NCBI RefSeq assembly: GCF_001194135.2
Contig: NC_068981.1
Coordinates: forward strand, 9,754,600 to 9,815,055
Direction of reading: 5' to 3'
Source of the DNA: Octopus bimaculoides
Lineage: Eukaryota
Length of the DNA: 60,456 nt
Every line of letters begins with the position of its first letter. The stretch's first letter is position 1. A program made the translations under genes and the position numbers. The notes beneath the pieces were generated by a model, which was not told the DNA's origin, made no database searches, and worked only from the letters and a program-made list of their open reading frames with translations. Below, piece after piece: positions 12,298 to 24,447 of this stretch.

Positions 12298-13302
12298 TAA
12301 TACCAAAATTTGTAGAGAAGTTACAAAATATTTCGCGACATTTGTTTCCTCTTAAACATTTTAAACAATTCACAAAGAATACACGCGATTTCACCTATGA
12401 ACGAACTATCAGCTCATGATTACAATATGACCTTAATATAATCATCTGACTATATGAAGGAACACATTTTGGCGCAAACAATTTCAGCTGACCAAGTTGA
12501 TTCGAGAACAAAAATGCTGTGCTACTTAGCGCATTTCTAATTCTGTCACCAGTGCTGTTTAGATTCCTCGAGCAAGCAATATTTGCAACAACAACGGTTG
12601 AAAACTGATTGGCTTGCAGTTTGCAACTTACCCTGTATTTTACATCCATAGAAAAACTATTTCAAAACCGGAACATTTGATATTGACTTTATTATAAATA
12701 TCGATTGTTGGTCACATTGCTAAGAATGTCATATAAACTCACAAAAATCAAATCTTAATTTCTTGAAAATGGAAGGAATACGTTACTTAATATTGTTACC
12801 TTTCATCATGAATCTGCTCGTTCAGAAATGGTTTAAAGCCAAACATCAACAATCAGCGAAACCCCAATGAAAATATTCAGTCCTATTAATCAGTTAAAAT
12901 TAGCTTTTCCAATTATTAAAGAAACATGTGAAACAATGAAAAACCAATTTATAAAATAGTATTACTACCTTAACCTAACAATCTAGTCCCAACGGTAAAA
13001 TATCAATGTTAATTTATCATACATTTTTATCTAACGATAGTTAAATAAGGAATTACATTATTATACTGAGACGGAAAGTTTTCCACTCAACTTAGTTCTA
13101 TGTGTGAAGAAACACAGACTATAATTATTGTTTGATTATCTACAATCCAGAAATATAATAGATAATGCATCATGAATGATGCATGAGTTACATACATTAT
13201 TCATTCATAAAGTCGGTGAAAACATTGTCTGTCAACTACGACACGGGAATTAGGACCTCTTAGAATTACATTTGGCATAGGTATCAATGTCATATGTAGA
13301 AT

Positions 13303-13305
<3 letters not shown>

Positions 13306-13351
<46 letters not shown>
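13306..13351. repeat. (CA)n microsatellite
   Basis: Direct read. Confidence 0.95.
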
Positions 13352-13354
<3 letters not shown>

Positions 13355-13584
13355 ATATTAGTACTAACACACTCACGCACAAATTGTATATTTAATGTTG
13401 TATTGGGAATACTCTCTATTACTGCCAGAATTTGTTGAATGACTATCGCAGATCGTATGACTAAATTCTAATGTATAAGCATTAGATTCGTAGCAAACGT
13501 AAAATGCGTGGGCAATCAAAGAAAAGTGAAAAGAAGAAAAAAGATCTCAAGTATTATATGCTTAGAAAATTGTTTATGTAAATA

Positions 13585-13725
13585 TGGTAAGAAGCTTTAC
13601 TTCCCAATCACATGGTTTCAAGTTCAGTCCTACGGCTTGGCACCTTCGGCGAATATCTTCGACTATATCCTCGGGCCTTGTGAGTTTGTTGGACGGAAAC
13701 TGAAAGAAGCACGTCGTATATATAT
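13585..13725 (+). mobile_element. SINE family A, 5' part
   Basis: ggtaagaagc...gttcagtcc...ggcaccttcggc...gacggaaactgaaagaagcacgtcgtata. Confidence 0.8.
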
Positions 13726-13787
13726 ATAATAGAATATAATAATATATAATAGAGTATCTAGCTATATCTGTATGCATGTATAATCTT

Positions 13788-13818
<31 letters not shown>

Positions 13819-14049
13819 AATTTCTTTACTTGTATGTGTATAGTTCTACGTTCGGGTGAGTCTGTATGTTTGCCTCCAGTGCCAAAACGTACTATCACAA
13901 AACGGGTTTAATGATCAGTCAGCTGTACCAAGTTGTCCGCGGTCAAACAGCCGCTCCAAATCAACTCCTTAGGTGATCACTCATGCATATATTTCAGCAT
14001 GCCAATACACTCTTATTCCATACGTAGCATAGTTAAAAGTTTATGATGT

Positions 14050-14350
14050 TCACTTCGCAGTCACAAAATCCTGGGTTCGATTCCATTGCGTAATATCCTT
14101 AACAAATATCTTTTACCACAGCCTCGGATTGACCCTAGCTCTGCGAGTGAAAATGTGTAGAGACACTGGGTGGAAACAGGTCAAATGGATTATACAAGTC
14201 ATTCAAAGGCACAAACTTACCATACACTGTGCCTGTAAATTAACTTAAGGTCACACATGTCTGCGGAATATTCAGCCACTACATGCTAATTCAATAACTT
14301 TGGTACGCAGGTGATCTGACAACTGAACACTCGTCGTTCAACGTGACGAA
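14050..14350 (+). mobile_element. Old SINE with family A-like head and family C-like tail
   Basis: Head gggttcgattcc...agcctcggattgacc. Tail ttaaggtcacacatgtctgcggaatattcagccact matches the reverse complement of 50440-50490. Confidence 0.55.
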
Positions 14351-15200
14351 AGGTCATTTACATATGCAAATTAAATCACATATTTATATGTGTGTGTGTG
14401 TGTGTGTATGTGTGCGTGCGTGTGCGTGCGTGTGTGAGGACGTGCATTCAGAATATGGTTAATGTATGAACTATTCTTATATTAACTATCGAACTGTACA
14501 ATTATGTTGATCATATTTTTGAAACACTGAAAGTGAAATACAGAAAAATAACAGGAAGTAAATTTCCATGAGCTTCCTTTAACAAAACCAAGGCTTCGAA
14601 CTAGTTTTTAAAATTTTTCCCCTCTACATAGTTTCCTCCATAAAAACCTATCATTACATCAATAATTTTGTTTATTTCTTGCTGAATATTCAAAATATAT
14701 GTCTATTTTCTTGGAAAAATTGAAAATACATGTACGCCAATTCCGTTTGTCTACGTAACACGTTTCATTGTGTAAAATAATTTCAACTCTTTTTCTCTGT
14801 CTATCGGTTAATGAATGTGTATGTATTTATATTTTATGTCTAATGTGTATATATTTATATTTTGTGTGTTATGTATACCTACATATTACGTATATATATC
14901 TTGTGTACAAAACACACACACACACATATTCCATTTGAGTATGTGTATGCGTATATAAATGAAGAGAGAAAGTCAAACAAATTGTGTGTATTTTGTGTTC
15001 GCCATTCAGTATGGCAAATGGCCTGCTTGGCTAAGAAGATCCTAGATGAAGTACAATACTTTAGGCTCAATTTTACTTCGCAGTAAATGAGCGAAATAAT
15101 GACAAACACTACTATTAAGTAGGTTCATTAATTAAGTGACTGTCATACTCATCGTCCGAATCGACACAAAGTTCATTTACTTTATAATATTTCTATATTC

Positions 15201-15435
15201 CAAGGCGGCGAGCTGGCAGAAATGTTAGGATGCCGGGCGAAATGCTTAGCGGTATTTCGTCTGTTTTTACGTTCTGAGTTTTAATTCCGCCGAGGTCGAC
15301 TTTGCCTTTTATCCTTTCGGGGTCGATAAATTAAGTACGAGTTATGCACTGGGGTCGATGTAATCGACTTAATCCCTTTGTCTATCCTTGTTTGTCCCAT
15401 CTATGCTTAGCCCCCTGTGGGGGAATAAAGAAGTA
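15201..15435 (+). mobile_element. SINE family B (tRNA-like head; central motif resembling the Deu/Nin domain), full length
   Basis: AAGGCGGCGAGCTGGCAG head and ctttgccttttatcctttcggggtcgataaattaagtac core; 15-bp TSD AATATTTCTATATTC at 15186-15200 and 15436-15450. Confidence 0.9.
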
Positions 15436-16599
15436 AATATTTCTATATTCAAATGTACAAATATAAACGTATATAATTATATACAATAAATTAATTAAAT
15501 ATATTAATATACTCCTGCATGTATGTAAATGCAGAAGTCTATTTTTCTCTAGCTTCTGCCATTTTCCTAGCTATGTCTAATTATTCACATTTGCAGGTAG
15601 AATAATACAGTCACTTGGCACAGAACTACCCTGAATCGTTTATTTGTGGTTAATAGGAAGAAATGTGAAAAATATCTTGTGTCTTTAATTTAAGAGGTTA
15701 AGAAAAAAATATTCTGAGATCAGCATAATAGCGTGGACAGCCATTAATGGAAACCGGATTTTGATTTTAGTACTGTTCTGTCGTGGAAGATAATCACTAT
15801 GGATTTGTGTCTATTACAATTTAAACTTTAAAATATCAAGAAGATTCTTCGTTATTATCATTTACTTTCTTTGCGAAGTTCAGCCATAATTGTATTAGAT
15901 CGCCATTTGTTGTGAGTTATGTGGTTTCTGTAGGAAATAGATGTATAAAGAACTCCGAAAAGCTGATTTCCAGCATCTCATTCGAAGACATAGACTATAA
16001 TTAAAGCTAAGTTGATGCCATTTTTTATGACCCTCAAATGCTGAGAAAATAGCGTCGATATGAAAATTAGAAAATTTTAGTCTCATATTTCATCATTCCT
16101 TAAATGCATACTGTGTAAAGTAGCTCTAACATTATTCAAGCACTGAAGAGTTACAGAAAGCTTTTTCTTCTCTCGATTGAAATTGAACCTACAGCTACTT
16201 CATTATCAGAAATATAGCAACAGTTAACATTTTCACTGTGTATTCAGTCTTCAGTATCATCCAGAAATCAGCATTTTAACCACTTCAAATCGCGTCCATT
16301 CCTTAGTTGGAGGATTGTGACCACCTACAGCATGTGTCTTAACTATATAATGATGTCCTGTTTACTTAGATGAACACATCATCAACGTATGTAAGTTTTC
16401 AACATAGGATTAGTACTTTTCTAGACCAGAGTTCTCAGACATTCGAATGCGATTTAAAATGAGAAAAAACATGGCATCGGACGGAAGGGTGATGCATACC
16501 CTGCGCACACACAAGGATAAAATAAAAATTAATTTGATAAATATATTTTCAGACGAATTCATATTTCAACAAAATGACATCAAGAGTTATTTCCCCTGC

Positions 16600-16850
16600 T
16601 TATCGTTTGTGCATTTGTAACAAAGAATAAAACAAAACATTTTGATGCCCCCTTCCGCTAGTTTTGAAGATAATCAAACCAAAATTTAATGAGTTAGAAC
16701 CCCTTACCCATTGCGTATCTCTGCTAAATTTGGGGAAAATCCGTTCAGCCGTTTTCCAGTAATTTTGCAAACGCACAAACAAACTGACAAAGACAAGCGA
16801 CTACAATACTCTGCTTTCGCTTACGCGAGGAGGGTAAATATGAAAGCGAA
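16600..16850 (+). mobile_element. Possible non-autonomous DNA/Helitron-like repeat fragment
   Basis: aaatccgttcagccgtttt...acaaacaaactgaca motif is reminiscent of Helitron-derived elements; no termini resolved. Confidence 0.3.
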
Positions 16851-18145
16851 CTTGTTTGTAGTACTTCTACTTTACATAACATTTTATAAAGGGCGAGATT
16901 GTCCCGTTCTGCGTCGGTCAGTAAGAGTTTTATAATAACTATATTGTTTGTTTCATAACTGGTTTAAAAATGTGTAACTCATTTACAAAGATGGACGAAT
17001 GAACAGAAACATATAAATACTGAGGATAGTATTAATACACTTGCATCTTGACTTATTTGTATCAAGCACTCTACATTCTGTATAATTCTGTCAGGGAACA
17101 TGTAAATATTCTTTCATGGTTTTGCCAAAAGAGGAAGGGTAGTGACAATAGACCTTTTCCAGGGACTCCAAATATCACATTTAATGGATTGTTGGTGCAT
17201 AGCCTCAAGTCTGTTCCGATCGGGAAAACTTATGATTAAAGTCATTTATGCAATGACCATTACACCTTTTACCAGTCACGGTGAACTCTAAATCACATTC
17301 TCTAATGTGTTAGTCTTTAAAATTTTTTGAGTGTGATTTGAGAAGAATTGGCAGTTAGTTTTAGCAGGTTGAGTGATCATATAGAATCATTCTCAATGGA
17401 TCATGAAACGCATTAAAATGTCGACCTATGATAAAAAGGTTCAAATAGTGAACTTCTTTAAAAACACTCGGGAGCCTACATGCATGTAGACTATGAAATA
17501 TTTTGATTTTCTTTATGCTGAAATTAGGACAGATTGGAACATGGGTAGTGATGTTAATCGGATTATCTTAGCAGCTTAATGTATTACGAATGTGTTTTAC
17601 ATGTTAAATTTTGATTTTAAATGTTAAAAGTTGATTTTATTTCAGCATCAAATTTTATAGAGATTGAAATGTTTTTGGCCGTGAATATTTTCACTTCATA
17701 ATTTTCATTAGACGAGTTGATGTAAAGTGCTGCCAGATTTCATTATTTAAATCGATATTTTAACTGGCATAAAGATCAAGATAAGAGTTAACCTTTCCAA
17801 AAGCTGTTTCTATTTTCACCAACGAATACTTTACACTTGAATTATCAGTCATTTCTTAATCTAGATTTAATTACCATCAGTAAATTCACTGACGACTTTG
17901 GAATGACAAGGGATATCGAAGTATTTAACCATATTTAGTTAAATGAAAAAACTGTTTGGAACAGACAAGTAGAAACCTCAAAAAACCGCAACGTGTGATT
18001 TCAAACTAATATGTTTCAATACAGGGATTACAGAAAAACGAATCTACCGTATTAGGGACCTAACATGACAACTAGTATAAAATGACACGGACCAAGAGAA
18101 TTAATTACAACTTTGAGATTTTCTAGTCTCATGCTAATGAGTATA

Positions 18146-18653
18146 CAGTAGACCATCGTGAGAGTTACGTTCCAAAATATCTCGCGATTGGTGAAGATCT
18201 ACAAAGTAGATACAGGACTTTATCGTATATATTTTTATAATTTGTACATATTTATTTTATTATAAATGCAAAACAATACCACATACTCGCCTCCCGAGTT
18301 TCGTTTTCCATCCAGTATGTGCGATTCTTTATTTACTCATCTATGGTACGCTACGTATTTTCTTGTAATATATTTTAATTAATGTGTTATACAGTGTAGT
18401 ACTGTACTGCATTTTTATTTATTAATTTATCAGTTTTTAAGCGTGAAAATGCTTATTTTACCACAGAAATAATTAAAATCTAAGATAATATAAATACACA
18501 TCAGCTGCAGAAACCTGCGATATACCGAGGAGTCCGGGATATAAGTTTACATTTGTTAGCCAGAAAAATCGTCGATGTGCTGAGTGCGCGATAGGTGAAC
18601 CGCGATGTACTCAGTACGCGATAGATGAATCGCGATATGGCGAGGGGTTACTG
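18146..18653. mobile_element. pogo/Tigger-like MITE
   Basis: TA|CAGTAGACC... left end and ...GCGATATGGCGAGGGGTTACTG|TA right end; ~30-bp internal tandem duplication at about 18573-18632. Confidence 0.6.
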
Positions 18654-18771
18654 TATTTAGATTAGCTGTTTTCCTAATGAGGTTAACTGTAAATTGTATC
18701 TGATAAGACCTGCTTTAAATATTAGATAAATAAAAAGTAAATATTTACGAAATCATGAAATGCTTGTCTTT

Positions 18772-18815
18772 TACTGATTAAATTTTTTCTTTTTCTTTTG
18801 TCTTTTCAGGTGAGT
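18772..18815 (+). promoter_or_regulatory. Strong 3' splice site directly abutting a consensus 5' splice site (candidate recursive splice site)
   Basis: Branch-like TACTGAT (A18777), pyrimidine tract 18783-18807, AG 18808-18809, GTGAGT 18810-18815. Confidence 0.55.
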
Positions 18816-19255
18816 TATATTTTCTATCAGTTATGGACCAGAAGAATGCCTTTTAGTGCAGTGTGCAAAATATAAAACCAAGTATTGCGCCTAAGTATAT
18901 ACTGTGATTTCTAAATTAATTTGAAACATATGTGTCTTAAAAAACAAATAGTTGTTGATATTTTGATCATTGAAAAAAGAGACGTTGATCATAAATTTAC
19001 TATTGTATTTAAATAATAATGTATTTATGATTACAATTTCTTATTGTCTGACTGTATATTATTGAAAATGCTTTATATTCTCTGAATCTATGAACTGCCT
19101 ATACATTATTAGAACATAAAATATTTCAAAAGAATTGTTTGTTATGAACTAGAACCATTTTAATTAGTCATATTTAACACGTATATTAACGATCTTTATG
19201 ATAACTTCACACGGCTATCAGAACGATTACAAATCCTTTCAGAAAGCAAAATAAT

Positions 19256-19262
<7 letters not shown>

Positions 19263-19303
<41 letters not shown>
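19263..19303. repeat. (TA)n microsatellite
   Basis: Direct read. Confidence 0.95.
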
Positions 19304-19310
<7 letters not shown>

Positions 19311-19404
19311 CCCCAAAACATTTTGTGGTAAATCCGTCAAAGATTATACATACCAAATTAACTCAAATAATGTAAATATAATTATGTAAACATATACAAA
19401 TCAT

Positions 19405-19556
19405 TTTTTACATTATTTACATTTGACGGATATTTGTCCTCATCTTGTTTGTTGTTAACACAAACGTTTCGGCTGATATACTCTCCAAATATCCGTCAAA
19501 TGTAAATAATGTAAAAAATGTACATAATTCCTCATCTCTTAAATATAGAACTGTAC
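19405..19556. mobile_element. Truncated copy of the 7.6-7.9 kb element's tail, with inverted duplication
   Basis: Near-identical to 7654-7720 and 7883-7928. Perfect inverted repeat 19402-19436/19486-19520; 12-bp direct repeat TATACAAATCAT at 19393-19404 and 19557-19568. Confidence 0.8.
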
Positions 19557-21029
19557 TATACAAATCATACTATAAAAGTTTATTTGGTAAGTTCGTTCAT
19601 TTTTGAATAGTTAGTAAAAATTACTAGTCTCTATATACACCTGTTAATTAATATCGTTAAGAAGTACTGATATATACTGCTATAAACATCTGGTTGTATT
19701 AAGCACCATAAAATTGATTTTATAATTCAAATATTCAGTGTAAAAACTTCATTACCAGAGAAGTCCAGTTAATTCATTGAAATCAATTTCTTTATTTTCA
19801 ATAACATTCTTTTGATAACACTTTACGTGAGCCGAATCCAAAGGCCGGTTTCACTTCTCTATCAAAGTAGTAACACTTCAATAATTATGAAAGTTATATT
19901 CTTTCATTCTATAGTAGCTATAGTGTAAATATTAAATAAAGGTTCAGTTTTTAGTTGATTTTTTTCTCTACCAAACTATCTATTTTTCTTCTTATTGAAT
20001 TCATTGAGGGTAAGACTGAAAAGATTGTGTGAATGGAGATGCAATGGAAAGGTACCTCTTTTGTCTGTGATATGAAGATATAAACATTTTACAATTATCT
20101 GAAAATATATTCATATACCCAAATGTATTTCATGTATTTCATGTATTTCCAATATATTACATTTCTAAATATATCAGTTTATTTCACAAAATCTTTGAAG
20201 TTTTATTTAGAGATGTTCCTGATAATTGTACAAAATCAAGGTGAACTGATATGGTTGGAATTCTGCAGAAACAGTTTGTTTTCCAAGAGACTAAGCAATG
20301 ACAATAGATAAAGTATTTATTAAAATCACTATTTATTTATTCATAGATATTTTATGCAGTATAGCTTAGCAATTAGTTATTCGGTTTGAATAGGTTTTAC
20401 AGTTACAACTGTCTGCATTGTTGAGTTTATATTGTTCAATTGCTTCTATTCTCGTTATGTCTCTTCATTTTTATAAGTTCTCAGGGGAATAAGGAGAATG
20501 TTCATGAATTTTGCTGTTCATTCAAGGTTGGTTTGATTAACACAACACATACCCTGCCTGAACAACTTTAGCTCTTTAACTTCAGAAAAGCGCAGTATGT
20601 CTGATAACACAGGAACCATTTTCATAATGGAATTCGGGTTTCGACTTTTAACCATCATCTTCTGTAGTGTTATGACAATTTATAAGAAGAAATAATTCAA
20701 TCAACATAACTTCCATCTGAAATGTATTTGCCAGTAACAGAAAGACGAAATGCTAATGGGATAGTTAAAAAGAAAATTGGATTAAAAATTTTTAGGAAAC
20801 AAATATTAAAATACCGGTGGCATAAGTGTATCAATGTATGTGCTGCGTTTTGAGACGGTGATATTACATATGATCACCATGGTTAGCAACTGAATAATTA
20901 TGCACGAATGCTGTTTTAGAACAAACTGTCCGATGTATACTTTCATTGAATAGGATAGTTTCACTTCTGACTGATATCAAACAATTCTCCTCCAGATTTG
21001 TACATAGGCACATAAGTGGGTAAGTGATT

Positions 21030-21175
21030 ACGAAGATTGTTTGCAACTATGTGGTCCTAGGGTCCATACCACCAGGAATCACTTATGACAAATATATTGT
21101 ACCATAGCCCTGCGTCGAACTTGTGGATGAAATTTGGTTCACAGAAAATGTACTAAAGCCCGTTTTATGTACGTA
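21030..21175 (+). mobile_element. SINE family A, very old copy
   Basis: actatgtggtcctagggtccatacc...ccatagccctg...gtggatgaaatttggt resembles the family A head. Confidence 0.45.
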
Positions 21176-21289
21176 TACACATGTATGTATACACACGCAC
21201 ACACACTAAACCCACAGTTTAGCATATATATATCTGTGTGTGTGTGTCTGTGTGTGTGTGTATTTGTGTGTATTTGTATATGGTAGTTG

Positions 21290-23190
21290 GTGAAATTCTT
21301 GGTGGTGCCCATCTAGCTGAAGACAAATATGGTTCTTTCCTCACGGTGGAGAGAGCTACCAATAGAAAATAGTCAGACTATTGCAAAGAACTATGTTTCA
21401 TCGTAAACTCAGTCATCACACGAATATCCAACAAAATGCCGTCAATAACATCATAAAAATGAGGAATTTTGTAATATTCCAGTTGGAATTCGAAGGTGCA
21501 GTTCATGCCGAAAGGAAGAAAATCGCCGAAAGTGGCCAATTTTTCAGGAGCGTTGTTGAAACACGAGCAGCGAGAAATTCATGAAGTTATTGATATCCCT
21601 GAGAGAGAGGATGAAGGAAAGAAAAATAGTGGTCGGAAGAATTAACCCAATTTTTGAGGATAACACTTCCCTAGAAAAGCAACTTAGAAGTTTGTCAGAA
21701 GTACTATCAATTTCATCAATGATTCCAGTAAAATGTTGAGACGAAAAGGAATGCCTCAGAATAGATATTTAACGTCATAGTACTGATTAAGAAACATTTA
21801 CAGCGTCCATGAGAAATCTATCACAGTTTCACTGACTTTAAAATAGTATTTGATCGTATTTGGCATGATAGTTTAAAGCAATGCGATGAGGGATTTTTGA
21901 CTTTCAGGACAACGCCATCTATCTGATTCAAACACTGAACAAAGATTCAAATGGCAGTAACAATCTCGGAGATTTCTTCAGAAAAACAGTCAAAATCTAC
22001 TCAGAATGAGACGATTTGTCGTGGTTGTTTGGCGCTAAGGAATTGACACGTTTCATTGGACATTCATCCTGATTTGGTGGCTGTAGTTTTGGTACTGGAA
22101 GCAAATACACACACATACACACACATCGCACATACAAGCGCACGCAGACATATGCATATTATACATAAAGAGGATGAAAGAAAGAGATATTGCATGTACA
22201 TACAAACATAACTCATACATATAAAGAAAGAGAGACCGACAGAGGACGAAAGAACAAGGGAAACATCAAAATGTCTAATGTCAAACCAGCGGCGCCAAAT
22301 AGGTCGCGAGGAAACGGTAGTGCATAAACATCTCATACCTGAGTTTGTTTCGGCTGTCATTTATCCCCTCTACTTGCAACATCTTTCAAGAAACTATTAT
22401 ACAAATAATACAATGTGACTTTCACATTTCCATTTCCAGCAAATAACGGACCACTTGCAAACTGCCTTTTAATGACAACATCGACCTTATGAGAGGCAGC
22501 AAAGCAGAAATCCAGGAATTCTTTAGACGTAAGCAATGGTGGTCATTTCAGAAATTAGCAACCTTTTCTTGATAGCCAACGTGATGATGAAAGAACAAGC
22601 GTACTATGAAGTGGATAACTGGAATTGCCACGGATCTAATTTGAGCGAGAACGGCAACTCAATAAGTGAGATAAAAGCAGAACTAGATCTGGCCCCATCT
22701 TTATGACGAAGAGGAATGTCATATGGAAAAACAGCTCCATCAGTGTTCCTCTGAAGTGAAATCGTTCGAGTTCTTAGTGATTTTGATCTTTCTGTACGGG
22801 CGCGAAAGTGGGATACTTATAATCGCCACTGAAGGGTTTATGCATTCAAGCACAGCTATTTTGTATCTTGTGCACTGAACACAAGACAAAATCTTTATCC
22901 CGAATCAAATCACTAAATATTCTGGCACGCCGGGACCATTTATGGCTACAGTGAAACACCGAGAGCGCTCTTGGTAATGGCATGAATGCCGCGACGACTC
23001 TCTCTCCGAGATCATTTTCCAGGGCTCAGTTAACTGAGATCGAAGAACAGAAAGGGTAATAAATTCTGGGGCTGACTGCACGGAAGACTAGACAGTTAAG
23101 TATCGAGAACTTTTTGAGTATGACGAATAACAGCGACCAGAAACAATTGCCGTTTGTTAAGATGTTAAACGTAGCATCTCAACGACTATA
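21290..23190 (+). mobile_element. Degenerate RTE-clade LINE (RT region to 3' end), interrupted at about 22001-22350
   Basis: IFNVIVLIKKHLQ..EIYHSFTDFKIVFDRIWHD (about 21770-21870), GCHLSP (22352), FNDNIDLMRGS (FADD-like) and LYG.ESW-like motifs; many stops. Confidence 0.75.
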
Positions 23191-24194
23191 TATATCGCGC
23201 ACGCGTACGTGCGCACGTGTGTGTGAATCTATGTGAGTGATGGTAGAAAATTGGTCCATCGATCGAAGTACATCTTTATATTTCAATACGTGGCTGATCC
23301 TTCCAATTGACTTCACTTTTTATCTTTGAGATTAATGAAATAAGTTCCACTCACTGCTTAAATGTTAAGATATATGCGACTAAAATGTTTTCAATGGTAG
23401 AACTCCAGCGTGGCCTCAATCCAATAAATTAGACTAGCAAAGAGAACAACTCGTATTGATGTCAATAAAACAATACTAGTAATGTATTCAGGTTAATTTG
23501 ATCAATTATACTTACAACACCCTTGTAAATTTAACCTGGCGGCTTTTGTTATTTTTTTGTTATCTTAAGACGGCAAGTAAAACAATCGTTAGAATGTTGG
23601 AAAAACACCTTTAGGTATGTGTCAATTCTTTGTTATAAGTTCGAATCTCACCGATGTCAACTTTTTATTTTCATCCCCACTCGATTAAATAAAACTACCA
23701 ATCAAGAATTTAGGTCGATGATGTCGGCTAACGCCCGGCCCTCAGCATTGCTGCCCTTGTGCCTAAATGAAGAAAATTGTTTTATTATAATTTACAACAA
23801 TCGTTTTAGTATACCCATTCACTGGCTTATACTGATTTCAACCAATGTAGTGCGGACGTAATGGAGCATCACTTTCAAGGGTTTTATCGATCATAACCAT
23901 ACCACAATGCTTACTGCAGTCAGACATTTATTTTTATCGATTTCTATGATGTGATAATAAATATATACCAGAGATGATGTTGGCAGTGACATATTTCTGT
24001 TGTTGAAGTGAATGGCGGTAGAAGTTTCAATAAAAAATCGAATTTTTAACATTGGTAGGGTACCGGATGATAATGATGGTGATGATGATAAGATTGAGGA
24101 TTATTATTAATGGTGACTACGACCTGGTTAGTCGGACTATTGTTGATTCGGTTGGCATATTTACATCTGTTACCGAGGATACATATATGTTCTG

Positions 24195-24447
24195 AAGGCG
24201 GCGAGCTGGCAGAGAGGTAAAGCAGTGAGCTGGCAGAATCGTTAGCACGCCGGGCAAAATGCTTAGCGGGATTTCGTCTGCCGTTACGTTCTGAGTTCAA
24301 ATTCCGCCGAGGTCGACTTTGCCTATCATCCTTTCGCGGTAGATAAATTAAGTACCAGTTGCGCACTGGGGTCGATATAATCGACTTAGTCCCTTTGTCT
24401 GTCCTTGTTTGTCCTCTCTATGTTTAGCCTCTTGAGGGCAATAAAAA
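24195..24447 (+). mobile_element. SINE family B, full length, with duplicated head motif
   Basis: High similarity to 15201-15435; GAGCTGGCAGA occurs twice at the 5' end. Confidence 0.9.
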
